From NCBI GenBank assembly GCA_047495785.1, contig JBLDXI010000003.1, positions 1,550,001 through 1,614,000 on the forward strand: 64,000 bases of DNA. The letters are read 5' to 3'. This DNA is from Lepidodermella squamata. Its lineage: Eukaryota; Animalia; Gastrotricha. How positions within the stretch are numbered: position 1 is the stretch's first letter; every line of letters begins with the position of its first letter. Positions 1-12,222 of the stretch are shown one piece after another. The notes under the pieces were generated by a model. The model saw only the letters and a list, made by a program, of their open reading frames with translations, ran no database searches and was not told the DNA's origin. Both the position numbers and the translations under genes were made by a program.

Positions 1-783
1 CGCCTCCGTTCCAACCCTCGCGCGTACACAGACAACGCTCGTTTTGTGTGTTTAAAACTAATGACAATAATATTATTTTTTTTCTATAATTTTTATAGCT
101 TTCGTCATAAAACTCACGTTTTACTTTCAACATAGGACATTTGGTGCAGTTTTCTATAATTGGCCCTCGTTTGAGCCCTGTCAAAACGAAGTTTTTCGGT
201 GATAAGTCGAACATTGTTTACGACGAACCCAATCTTCTATAGACCATTTGATCACATAACTCTGGTTTATAGATCAATTTTTGTCTTTAAACACCCCCTG
301 CATCTCGGCGACCTAGCTAGCCGGACCATAACAGCCCTGGAAAAGGGGATATATATCCGCATAGCCCAAAGTCTGTGTTAAACTGTGCCTATTTTTACCG
401 TTATTAACTAGAGATTATTTCGAGTAATGGACATTTCAATATGAAGATACATTACATTTCTTAAGCCTGATTTTTCCGTAAAGCGTGGGCGCGGGGCACA
501 CTTAACGGTAAATTGATATTTTTAATTGATTTGACCCCTATTAAATTATGAGATAATCCGATTTTGTGTTAATTTCCTCACAAATCAGATCTAAGGCCAC
601 GGACTTGATAGCTAAAAATTGATTAAAATTATCCTTTAATTGATTTAACCCTAGAATTATAAGGCATGATTTAATCAGAAATATTTTTTGTCAAATTCAC
701 AACCGAATTTTAGGTCACGCAATTATCATTTTTTTAAACACCCTGCTTTTCATTACCATATATAGAATTTAGAGAAATACGAA

Positions 784-1705
784 ATGAATAACTTATTACA
801 GCGAAACTTTTTCGTCTTCATTGCGGTTGGACTCGGGTGTCATTTCACCGTTTTTGCTGCGGATGAAAATGCCGTCGAAAATGAATATTCAGAGGAAGAC
901 GCAGCCGGAGATTTCGGCAGCCTCGTCAGGTTCGAATAAATTAATTTTACAAATTTGTTCTAATTTTTTTTCACCATGCAGTAAACGAATTGTTCCTTTT
1001 ATGGTCGTGAAACCAAAATATCGGCTAAGGGACGAAGCTTTGAGGCGGATGTTAGATCAGCAAGGCCCCGAGTGAGTTTATTTTCCCGAAATTCGAACTA
1101 TAATTATTTTTTATTATTTTTATTTATTTATTTATTTATTTATTATTTTTAGAAGCAAGCGTATCGTACCATTTATGATTGTGAAGCCAAAATATCGAGC
1201 AAGGGATGGCGATGATCTGAGGCGAATGATGACTCAGCAAGCTCGAAGGTGAGAATTAAAAAAAATTGAAAAATAGGGCAAAAATTCGATTATTTAATTA
1301 TTAATTAATTATTAATCCATGGAAATTAATTACTTATTATTTATATTTTAATTAATAATTTGATAATTAATTTGATTGATTTTTTATTAATTTTTTTTCC
1401 TATTTTTTTAAATTTTTTTTAGCAAGCGAATGGTTCCGTTTGTGAATATGAGACATCGTTATCACCAAAAAGGGGACGGCGAGTCGCTGCGGCGGTTGGC
1501 TATGCAAGTTCGCCAGTCACCCGAGTCGACGGGCTTCGAGCGCCTGGGCGCTGATCTCAAGCGCATCGTCTTACGCAGCGGCGGCGTGTCGAAGCGCGCA
1601 ATTTCCGACACTGAAATGGATTTCCACGCACACCGGCCTGCTGGCAAAGACGGCCGATACAAAGGCCCCATTGTTCAACAACTCGGCGAATATTTATTTT
1701 TCTAA
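784..1705 (+). CDS. Secreted multi-peptide (neuropeptide/prohormone-like) precursor, 4 exons: 784-929, 982-1071, 1153-1248, 1423-1705
   Basis: ATG 784 gives a signal-like MNNLLQRNFFVFIAVGLGCHFTVFA plus an acidic spacer. Three phase-2 GT-AG introns join in frame. Repeated peptides follow KR sites: IVPFMVVKPKYRLRDEALRRML, IVPFMIVKPKYRARDGDDLRRMM, MVPFVNMRHRYHQKGDGESLRRLA. Two more KR sites in the last exon. Confidence 0.8.
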
Positions 1706-2367
1706 ATTTCCTCACAAGACAACAAAATATAATATATCGCTTGCATATATCGTATCTATTCTATAACACATTAGCCACAGTTTTGTCTGAAAAAAATCTG
1801 AAAATATTTCAGGCAAATCAATAAAAAAATATGTTTCAAAAAAATTTGAAATGTGAGCACGTGACCTAATTTGTTTGCGGAGTTTTTTTTCTCGATTTTT
1901 ATTTCGAACAAGCACTTAACTGCCTGGGTTGTCCTATCATTTTAGAACAAATATCGGGTGCCAAGTGACGCGTGATAATAAATGACATGTATTATAATTG
2001 ATTGATTGAAAGTGCTGATGAGCGAGAAGCGAGACAATAAAGTAGCCGCGATGCGCTAGATTTCTGCGATGATTCACCGTGCAACTAAGCCTACGCTTCG
2101 TTTAACATTATAATAGAATTTACAACAGAATTAACGGGTACGCCTTACGGGTAGTAGTAGCAGTAGCGGCTCTTCTCTGCCTATACTATGTATTGATTTT
2201 GAACTTTTAAAACCCGTTGCCTCCGGATTAAAGCTTAGTGGTCATCTGACTAGCGGCTTGGAGCCAAAAGATTTACACCTGAACCTCAATTACGTCAGCA
2301 ATTCTTTTTTACGAACCGTTTAAAATCTGCGAATTTAGGGCCGATTTACAATTTGTTTCTAAGAAAT

Positions 2368-3985
2368 ATGTTCCAGCTAACAGCAGTGCTCTTAGCTTTG
2401 GTTTGCGCATTGTTCGCCAGCAGTGCTGACAGGTGAGACATTTTTAGTTACCGTAGCGCAGGATAAATTAGGACAGGCCACTTGTGGACACCTTGGATTT
2501 GCAGGTGAATAGCTTTGTAACGCCGAATGATAAAAACCCAGGGGTTGTTGCATAAAATTCCCCGTCTCTTGAGCTTTCGAATGGTGCAAGTTCCAAGGTG
2601 ATTGGGGCAATACTTGATTTTTAAGAAATATTATAAGCAAGGCAGCTCAATATTTCGATCTGGGACCCCCTCTTATCTCCCACACAAATAATCATTTTTG
2701 GACGAAAATTGGCACGGGTACCCTGTTAGCGTTGATCTCTCTGTTTAGCGGGAGGAAAATGAAGATCCAACGATTGGTTTCTGCAGGGCATTCATCTGAA
2801 TTTCACGTGAAAATCATCGGGCAATTTTGGACTAAATATAAATGCGGCGTTCATAATTTATTGACCCAAAGCTCAGAAATAACTGAAAATTCACAGTGTC
2901 ATTTCCTTATGCCTGTCCTTAAAATCGGGTGAAAATCAAGAAATCACAGAATTTTATCGTTAAATTGGGGCCCATCTTACTAATAATAAACTAAAAATCA
3001 GCGATTTCTGAATTAGGACTGATTTCTAATCCTCGTCAAAAACATGGTTTCGTCCTAATTGGTATTAGAGCAATTTTCAATACAAAATTTGAAATATTTT
3101 AGAAACAAATAAAGATAATCTCACTGCAAGTAGGTCTGTAGGTATTTTCAATGGAAACTAAAAATGAGAAAAATTTATGTAAAATTTGTGATTTTAATTA
3201 TTCCAATAAAATGTCAATAAAATTCCATAAAATCTAAAAATTGAATTGAGCGCGCGCGAAGAGGAAACACCAGCGGGCCGGAAAATTTGCGAATTTTTAG
3301 AATATTTTACGGAAAGGATGAGAAATTAATATTAGATTTAAAAGCTCCTCATATACCAATAAATCAAAAATTTATACTTTCAGAGCGGTAAATTTGAAAG
3401 AATTTTGAATTTAAATTTTTGAAGCATTAGCCTAAAAATCCATTTCAAGGTATCCTAAAATTGTCACATTTTCAATATTATTTTGATAGATTCTATAGGT
3501 AATAGTTTTCAGAATATTGCCTAATGATTTCTCAATGTTGTGGATTTCCCATTTTTTCGAGTTTAATTTAATTTTTTATTATTCCTTTTTTATATTATAG
3601 CCTGACGGTGATGAAACGTGGCTCATTCAGCGTTCCGATTCGCATGCCATCGCAGGAAGACCTCGCCGCCCTCCGACGAATCGCCGCTGTCATCCGCCTG
3701 AGGGCCGAGGAAGAAGTTCGCAACTCGCCTAGCCTTCAATCCATCAACAACAACAATAACAACGCCCAATTGCCGCCGCCGGCAAATAGCATCAGCGCGC
3801 AACCTGCATCAGCGCCCTATGCGAGCAGCGGCATGCAATTCAACGCTTTATCGCAACAACAATCGCTGCTGCTGCCATCCCAGGCGTCGTCCTTCAACAT
3901 TCCGGCTCGTTTTGTTCGAAAGTACAGCCCTTTTCTGAGGATGACCAGCTCGTCGAAGGACACCAGCAACTGGCTTGCAATGTGA
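2368..3985 (+). CDS. Secreted peptide precursor, 2 exons: 2368-2432, 3601-3985
   Basis: 65-nt signal-peptide exon MFQLTAVLLALVCALFASSAD ends AG|GTGAGA (phase 2). Acceptor TTATAG|C at 3600/3601 continues in frame: SLTVMKR-GSFSVPIRMPSQEDLAALRRIAAVIR. Paralog with the same exon structure at 48232-49344. Confidence 0.75.
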
Positions 3986-4808
3986 ACTGAAAGATTAAAT
4001 TTGAGCTTTTTAGTAATATTCGAAAATTTGAAAATATCTAGTTTAATTAATAGAAAACGATTCGATTTATTGAGTTTTTACAGTAATAATTTTAGTTTTT
4101 ACAAATCGAAATAAAGAGAATGCATCCACTAGCATATTATTATCTAAGGCGTAAAGTGCATGTGGTCCGTTCAATGGGCAATACATTTTATTACTCCCCT
4201 CCCGAGTTAAGGCCGAATTGATCGGAATCGGGTCCCAGCAGCACCTCAAGCAAACAGGTGAGAAACTGGGGCAATTTCCCAAGAATAGTCATCTTTTTTT
4301 CCTTCAATATTAGGGCATATGGAAGTTTCCCGCCCCCTTCCAATGTTATTAAATGATGGTTTTCCGTTTTTCGGATGAAACTTGAGCTAATTTATGCATC
4401 GGAATTTTCTGTTCACCTTGGAGAGTTACAAAGGGGATTCGAACATAGTGAATCATCTATTTCGGGAAATTCGACGGTCATGAGTAGCAAAATTTATGGC
4501 GGCCGTCATAATTACAGCAAATACCCAAAACAGCAAACGCGACAAAACAGCAAATGTTTCAACTTGCGAAATAAATATTGGCCGCACGCACGACTTTTCG
4601 AAAAACTTTTCCAGCGCTGTGCAGATCGCGGAGTCTGCTAGTCGGCAGCTCGCAAAAATCTCAGAGCGTGAATGCTGTCCTTTTGGTATTCATATTCGAT
4701 GGTTACTCATATTCGATGTTTATTCATATTATATTCGTTCGTTAGGGAATGTTTTCATAGTTCGTAATGCATTCCCCTCGAGTTCACCAGAATTTATAAT
4801 TAACTGAG

Positions 4809-4816
4809 TATATAAA
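4809..4816 (+). promoter_or_regulatory. Putative TATA box of the GH114 gene
   Basis: TATATAAA about 30-45 bp upstream of the candidate start codons at 4840/4852. Confidence 0.45.
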
Positions 4817-4839
4817 GCTGTCGTTTTACGGCTTTTTTA

Positions 4840-5640
4840 ATGCCAACTGAAATGATAAACTACATTTTTTGTCTGTCTTTAGTACTTGTCAGCGCGAGTG
4901 CTGACGTGTGGAAGCCGAAGCCTATGACAACGTGGCAATGGCAGCTCACCGGAACTATCGACACGTCCTACAAGGTGGCCATGTACGACATTGATCTGTT
5001 CGACACGGACCAATCTGTCATCAACAAGTTGCACCGCGATGGCCGAGTCGTCATTTGCTACTTCTCTGCTGGTTCATGGGAGAAAGGGCGCCCGGATGAG
5101 AGCAACTTCCCCGCATCGATTATCGGCAAGCCTTTGGAAGACTGGGATGGAGAGAAATGGTTCGACATCCGCAGTGACGACTTGAAAGCTCCCCTGCAAT
5201 GGCGTCTGGACCTGGCGAAGAGGAAAAAGTGTGATGGCGTTGAACCGGATAACGTGGACTCCTACAAACACGACACAGGTTTTCCGATCACGGCGGCCCA
5301 TCAGCTGAAGTTCAATAAATGGATCGCAGAGGAAGCCCACAAGCGCGGCCTCAGCGTTGGCCTGAAGAACGATGTTGGCCAACTGGCTGATCTTGTCGAT
5401 AGTTTCGACTGGGCTCTCAATGAGCAGTGCCACGAATACGAGGAATGTGGCGGCTACAGCAGCACGTTCATCAAGCAGAAAAAGGCTGTTTTCGGCGTCG
5501 AATATAAAGGCAAGCCGGCTAAGTTCTGCAAGAAAGCCAACGCCGCCAAGTTGAGCTGGTTGAAGAAAAATCACGACAATGTGGACGCTCGTCGTGTCGA
5601 CTGCCAGGACCCGAAAACCTGGAGAGTCAATGTTAACTAA
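4840..5640 (+). CDS. Secreted glycoside hydrolase family 114 (endo-alpha-1,4-polygalactosaminidase-like), intronless
   Basis: Signal peptide (start may be Met at 4852). Motifs TWQWQL, YDIDLFD, VICYFSAGSWE, CDGVEPDNVD, GLKND and NEQC are typical of GH114; the catalytic Asp and Glu appear intact. Confidence 0.88.
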   Translation: MPTEMINYIFCLSLVLVSASADVWKPKPMTTWQWQLTGTIDTSYKVAMYDIDLFDTDQSVINKLHRDGRVVICYFSAGSWEKGRPDESNFPASIIGKPLEDWDGEKWFDIRSDDLKAPLQWRLDLAKRKKCDGVEPDNVDSYKHDTGFPITAAHQLKFNKWIAEEAHKRGLSVGLKNDVGQLADLVDSFDWALNEQCHEYEECGGYSSTFIKQKKAVFGVEYKGKPAKFCKKANAAKLSWLKKNHDNVDARRVDCQDPKTWRVNVN

Positions 5641-6430
5641 ATCCCTATTTTTGGTCAAGTCCTTCATATCTGAACAATACCCTTCCTTTCCCGATGATTA
5701 TTATTGAAAGGGTGCCCTTTGCTCCCACTTTAACCTTTAGACTTAGTTGCGATCGTTTAAACGCAAAAAAATACTAAAAAAACGTTTACAAAACTGCAAA
5801 TAAATTAAATAAAAAGCGTAGAAGTAGAAAATAAGTCGAATTTTTATATAAAGCAATTCGTCGTTAGTTGAGGAATCTAAATATTCAAGTCCCATGGTCA
5901 TAGCACCCATACCTAAGAAGCAGTTAAGCGGTTAATTGCCTGGTCCACCTGAAAAAAACGACGAAACGATGGCCGAGTTGGTGAAAATGTCAGTTATTTT
6001 GTTGTTGCGTTTTGTTCAAATGAGTGTGAAATACCTACTCGAACCGACTAAAATCAAGTTAACTGCAAAGAAAAAGAGATATCTGCGTTTTTAGATGGAT
6101 TTAATAGTGGGGCACGCGGCCTTGGTCGCGTGCCCCAAATGGGGGCACCGCCGCGAAAAAGTTTGAGAACCCCTGATGTGGAATTCAGTAATGTAAATTT
6201 CAACGCAATCCAATGTAAAGGTAAGGTGTGATACGGTACCAACGGGAGGAGACTCCGATTTTTCTCCATTTAATGGGCGCATGCGTAAAAAAGGCTAGTT
6301 TAAAACGATTTTTTTCTCGCGATTTTTGAACGACTTTACGACCAAGATTTTTTGGACGTTTTTTTGCGTCCAGCAGGATTTTAATGGAGAGATGCTAGCA
6401 GTGTCGAGTCCATACAGTATTAGTCCCAAG

Positions 6431-6657
6431 GCAAGGTTGATTCAAGCAGTAGTTGGATGAAGCTTAGCTTCTCCAGGCTTTGCGATGTTGTCTGTGTTGT
6501 TCTGAACCTGATTGCTTTCCTCGGCTTTCACGCCTTTATGGGCTATAATCATTGCTAAAAATATGACAGTTAGATATGTTGTGAAGTGCGACATAATGTA
6601 GTCGACAGCTTTCAACGCTCCTATAATTCCTGAAACATGGAGACCTAAAGAACATGC
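6431..6657. repeat. About 230-bp duplicated segment (second copy 41635-41874); carries a 50-aa minus-strand ORF at 6442-6594
   Basis: Near-identical sequence at both positions. ORF MSHFTTYLTVIFLAMIIAHKGVKAEESNQ has a signal-like N-terminus and is disrupted in the second copy. Confidence 0.75.
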
Positions 6658-6679
6658 AAATTTTTCTCATTTGCCCTAG

Positions 6680-7074
6680 CTTATTCCGAGGCCAAGGTGT
6701 GGAATGTCGAGTCGAAGGAGATGCACCGCAACTACCAAAAGAGCGCCAGTGTCTCGGCGAGCCGGTCCTTCGAGAAGAACCGCAAGGCCTTCGGCAAGTG
6801 GCGGGCCGCCCCGAAGCGCCACCACGGCAAGAAGTTCGGCCGCAAGATGAACAAACGCCGCGGCTCCTACTCGAAATCGGTCTCCGTTTCGGTCTCGTTC
6901 TCTGGCAACAAGCGCAACTACGGCGGTCGCAACTACGGCGGTTACGGCAAGAAGGCCGGCAACAGGTGGGGCCACAAGTTCGGCAACAAGTTCGGCTACA
7001 ACTTCAACCGAAAGGGCAAAGGCAACAAGAAGGGCTCGTACTCCTACAGCAAGTCGGTCAGCGCTTCCAACTAA
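6680..7074 (+). pseudogene. Basic Gly/Lys-rich secreted protein, copy 1: exon 2 only, signal exon and promoter missing
   Basis: Acceptor CCCTAG|C at 6679/6680 and an intact exon-2 ORF nearly identical to the copies at 24583 and 50305. Upstream is the 6431-6657 repeat instead of exon 1. Confidence 0.65.
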
Positions 7075-7337
7075 AAAACATAAGTTCAAAACATAAGTTC
7101 GTCATGAAGGCGAAGCTTTTTGCAATTGAAAGGATTTCGAATAACTAATAAAAAATATTTTCATGATGAATATATTTTGTTCAGTTCAGGAGGTTATCTT
7201 ATACATGCTGGTATTTGTATTTTAAGCAATTAAAATCTCAATTAAAAAACTTTGTTCAAACTTTGATTCACATCAGGGTAAAGGGTAAACGTCAATGTCA
7301 AGTCCTAATCATATTATATCAAGCTCTTTAGTCCCAT

Positions 7338-9570
7338 CTATCGGCGCTTGAAAAAATGTGCGTGGGTAGCGCAGAATATCCCTGTCGAGTGGAAAATCAG
7401 TGCAATCGATACCGCCAGATTCTGTGAGGTGGGATGATTTCCAACACATAGCAGAACAAATACCGCTCCACAGAATGAGGTCATCGTTAACGCCGCCGCT
7501 CTCCTCAATGGATCAATGTCCGACGTTTCCTTCGTCACAATAATGGTCTTAGTTACAGACCTCAGCGAGTAGCCCAGCAGAGCGCAAGATACAAGAACAA
7601 CTGCATGACTTGTAGTCAGGATTCCCAGCCAAATCGTGTCGAATTTCGATGTAAGCGACGCCTCTTCAACCGAGTAATAAGTATCGCTGTTTTCGTCGTA
7701 AAACTCTGAAACAACTTGCAGATGCACTTGTGCTGGATCGTACAGGAACCATATGATGAGAATCGCTGTGTTGACAAGGGTCCACGCAAATGTTGCGTAG
7801 CAGCTGAATTTGTCGTGCTTCTCTGCTTTAGCCTGCGAATAAATCACATTAGCTTTGCGAATTGATGCTTTACTCAACGAATCGTCTTGGCGAATCTTCG
7901 CATTGCTGGCTACGCTTTGCCTAACGTCACGCTGAGCTAACTTTTTGAATAGCGCCTTACGATAGAAGAACAACTTGCTGAGCAGAATTCCATGGATCAA
8001 TGTGAGTCCTGTTACAAGCAGAAACGTTCTAGCTATGAAAATGTCGAAATTGACCCTGCTAGTTCTGCTTTTCTCGTCTACTAAACCAAAGGCATAACAG
8101 CCTGAGGAGATCAAAAGAATAAGACAACCGAAAGCAATCAACAGCCTGCTTTTGCTGTAATCTGATGGCAAAAGTGTTCGCAACATGACGATGCATTTCA
8201 TTGAGATAACAAAGCTGAGAAAAGCGATTATAGCTATAGTCACACCCCAATCAGTATTTTTTGATCTGCGGGCAAATTTAGCCATGTCACTGAAATTGTG
8301 ATTTCCCCTACTGCGTTTCGAATTCAACGCATGAATTGAATAGGAGCTTAAATTTGATAAATCATCTCCTGCAACAATTTTGTAATTAAGAATTAGTGGT
8401 TTACCGGGTGACCAAGTCATGACGTAGTTAGGGTAGCTATCCATCTCTAGCCTGGGCGAAAGCTTCTCTAGGCCATTGCGCAATCCGTAGAATGAAGTTA
8501 GCCCAACGCTTTGGTTTGCTATTAAACCGACTATCTTGGGATTAGTCGCAAAATCCGATAAAGTCATGTTCTGAGTCGATAACATAGTTTCAGTGTTGTT
8601 GAGGCTTAAAATAGCGTATAGAGCAACATCGTGGCATGGATGTCTTTTCGAATAATCAGACGTTTGTCGGAACAATCCACCAGTGTATTCCTCATAGAGC
8701 TGCTCAAACTCTACGAAATCGTAGCCAAGATTTGTTTTGGTTGAACTTGGCACAGTGTCCGTAGAGAATCCCATGTAAATGCCATACTTTGTCTGCTCCG
8801 TTATGAAACCCCAGCCTATTTTTTGTAAAGCTGCTCTAACTCTGCGAGGTTGTAGCCGAGACTTGTTACATCAGAGCTTGAAGATTTCTTGAGCCCATCC
8901 TATGTATACTCCATACTTTGTCTGCTCCGTTATCATCGCTCGGGTGCAATTAGTCTTCGGGTTGATTACTGATGGGAATGTCAATTGGTCTCGAAATGCG
9001 GCGGCATACGTTACAAACACGTATTTAGGCCCTGTAATTCCGAATCTGTGAGCAGCATAAAGGAACTCGACATTGCTGAACCAACGGCCTAATGAGACTA
9101 CAACAACTCGGACGTTGCTTTTCTTCAGTGAGATCATCATCTCGTCACTAACTTCGGTGTCAAAGGAATCGAACCAATGAATATTGATACCATTTCGTAA
9201 ACTACCCTCGTAAAACGTTTTTGCGAGTTGGAAATCCAGAGGCGTGTCGAAGTTATGAGGCCAACGTTTCTCCAACCTTGGAAGAACCTGATGTAGTAGA
9301 TCCATGACATGGCCATTACATTCCCTGGGTTATTCAAGCGATAAAGATTCGGGTAGAATTTACGATTCGCCTCCAAAACAGGGGAAGAGCAGCCAGCTGT
9401 GAGTGACACCATGTTGAGGTGATGCAAAGCCGATGCGTAAGGTATGCAGCCCACAGATGAAGTTGGCCCTAACGTGAGTGGTGATTGAAACACTGACGAT
9501 TCAAGTTCAAACGATCGAGCGTAATTCACGAGGTGACGAGTCGCCAAAGTCGAGTTGGAAGAGCATTCAT
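7338..9570 (-). pseudogene. GABA-B-like class C GPCR, copy 1 (5'-truncated, frameshifted, internally mosaic)
   Basis: Three ORF fragments (9137-9574, 8871-9305, 7338-8774) are homologous to the intact paralogs. Frameshift near 9240, duplicated EQTKYG segment, no signal peptide. Confidence 0.85.
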
Positions 9571-10176
9571 TCACGTGAACAAGTGCGAGCTAAAAATAGG
9601 TCGGCAAATTAATTTAGTGCCGTGGCAATTTCTAATGGGAAAAGTATAATAGTGTATAATAATGAATTGTACGCAAACATTTTGCCGCAGAAATTCACGC
9701 GCGATGAGTTTCTCTAGTTTTGAATCTCCCGCGGTCATGTGACCCGGTAGATTTGTACGCGTCGGCATGTTTAGCGTCAAATAATAGCTGCTACTTCTCA
9801 GAATTTTCATTCATTAACTGTGAATCCTACCACGTCCGGATTTTTTATTTTAAGGACCAATGTAATTTATTAATTATGAAAATTATTTTCAGCGCATTTG
9901 CATCTTGAGCAGAATTTACCCGCTTCCCGGCCCTACTCCTTTAGTCGTGCGATCCACCAATAAATTATTTTCTATTTATGCAAAAAATGACCTTGCCACA
10001 CCCTCTGCACGGTTTCCATTGACCACGAGCGTAAACCCCATAATAATCGTAGCAATTTACTGCGGCAAAAAACACTTATTGCAAAAAATGTCATGGAGCG
10101 CATGACCAACATGTTTCATCCGGGAGTCATAGCAACGATCGATTGACCAATCAGCGCGCGCCCAGAAGTTCAACTA

Positions 10177-10346
10177 CAGTAAAATCTCCATAATTTAGAC
10201 ACCTTCCGTAGAGACCTAAAACCGTCTAATAGTGGAGCTGTCTAAGATACGGAAATTCCCAACAATAGTTGTCTTTGCGGTTCGTCGCCGTGTCTAATCA
10301 TGGAGGTGTCTAATATATAGACATCTAATTTATGGAGGTTTTACTG
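10177..10346. mobile_element. Tc1/mariner-type MITE
   Basis: TIRs CAGTAAAATCTCCATAATTTAGA / TCTAATTTATGGAGGTTTTACTG, flanked by TA on both sides. Confidence 0.75.
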
Positions 10347-12222
10347 TATTTGTATTTCAAGCATTATTGAAAACCTAAGGGTCTACATCATTCCATCGAA
10401 CTAATAATTTCTTTTCGCGAACCATTTGTACTTAACACGTCGGAAATATATAAAAAGGGTGAAAACTAAATTAAACCATCGGAAAGTCATTTACAGCATT
10501 ATTACGGAACACGAGCTTAATTTATCGGAACGCGATCTTAATTTATCGGAACCTTAACCTCAACCGGACCTCAGCTGTGAAATAGCTTGCCATGACTTAG
10601 CATCCTTCATTCTTTGGTTTTACTCTTCGATATTGGGTTTTTTTTAGAAACTATGAGTAACTGATGATGAATAAGTACGTCGAATCAGAAACTTATGAGA
10701 ATGACATTTTACGGCTCGCATGCGCCGAGAGTAACTGCTCGTAGTGTAATAATTGAGTTGTGGCTCCGCTCTTTGTGGTAGCGCAATTATCTAGGTTTGG
10801 GCCTGTTGACGCAGTTGTGTTTGATGATGGAGGCAGAGAGCAAAGTACCGCTAGGCATGATCATCTGAATACCAGTTCCATGAGCTCATTCTCAGACCAA
10901 TTCTCAGACCCTAATGCCTAATGTATAATTTTCGAATCCCTACTAGTTTCGCGGTCCTACTTCGCTCCAATGATGGAGGGGAGCGACCTTCAATCGCGAG
11001 GGCCTGATAAAGATCATCCTTGTCTGGTTATATTTTATGGCCATACAGCAGTCATTTGGCATGGAAGTATCGCGACTGATGTGACACTTTCATGTGAAAA
11101 TGAATGGCCGCTAGTGGTTTGAAAATAGGGATTTAGGTATTTTCCGACGCTCATTAGTCAAATTTTAGCTTAAATTCAAAGATTCGATCCCCGTTTAGCT
11201 CGCTTAATTATCACATACCGAGGTATTCCGACGGTTTCAGTCGATTATTAGATGACCTTTGATAATTGAAAAGTGGGTTTTCTCATCTTACAGCACAGCC
11301 ACTTATTACCGTAGCCAAGAAAATCACACAATAGAGCAAACGAATTACTCGCCCAATAGGACAAACCTTTTGGGCCCATATTTTTTATTTCCGAAATAAA
11401 AAATATTCGCCGACAAATCCGTTCGCGTTCAATTATTCAAATTACGGGCTCTGTTATGAGATTTTCTCGGCCTCGGTAAAAAGTGGCTGCACTATGTATT
11501 TTTCCTTATTACAAAACTATTAAGGTTTTTCTTGAGGATCTTGAATTTTCTATTTTCAGACTTTTAGGAAACACCTATCTTCCTTCATAGAGACCGAGGA
11601 TCAGTTTGATTAGACCCGGAAACCCCCAAAATGTTAATGGAACTTCTTACCGATTTGGTTGACGTAGGGAATCCACCAAATTTTTTGTATTTCTAGCGAG
11701 AATCTAACCTCGGACTATCCTAAAAGATTTTGATTTCTATAAGTCTAAGCCGTGGGGGTGGGCGCGGTCGAGCTGTTTTCTTACAAGAAGAGCCAACTGA
11801 TAGCATACGAATTCAAGGCCTGGCCATGGGCGAGCTAGCCGTGGTCGTGCTTGATTTGCAATTTATACTATATTATACTATTCCGTGACTTTTTTCATAT
11901 TACTCTAGGCGAATAAAATTAGAATATTAACTTGAATTTCCGATGAAAATAGAATAAAAATTATATTTCGACGGTTCCGACGGTTTAAGTAAAAATGGTT
12001 CCCGGAAAGAAATTATTAGTTCGATGGTTTCATGTTACTACAAACCTAATAGGACCTTAATTTTACAATCTCGTTTAAAAAACTTTGTTCGAACTGCGAT
12101 TCTCATCAGGGTATCAGTCATCTTGAAATATAATATAAGTAATCATGGAGACCGTCAAGGAATTTCGCCAGAGCGCGATGGACACTCTTGTTTATCCTGC
12201 AATACCTGGGCGTGTATCATAC

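Noticed and set aside
3611-3720. Assignment to the CRF/DH44/egg-laying hormone family
   Set aside because: Only a vague helical resemblance; no diagnostic motif or amidation site at the expected position
3601-3985. Exon as an alternative last exon of the 784 gene (phase-compatible)
   Set aside because: It has its own signal exon at 2368-2432, mirrored in the paralog at 48232
4840-5640. Bacterial contamination
   Set aside because: Flanks are AT-rich eukaryotic sequence with TATA and AATAAA signals and no operon context; read-level confirmation still needed
6654-7148. Long alternative-frame and antisense ORFs over the basic-protein genes (also 24505-25030 and 49903-50318)
   Set aside because: By-products of GC-rich biased codons; only one frame joins the signal exon in phase
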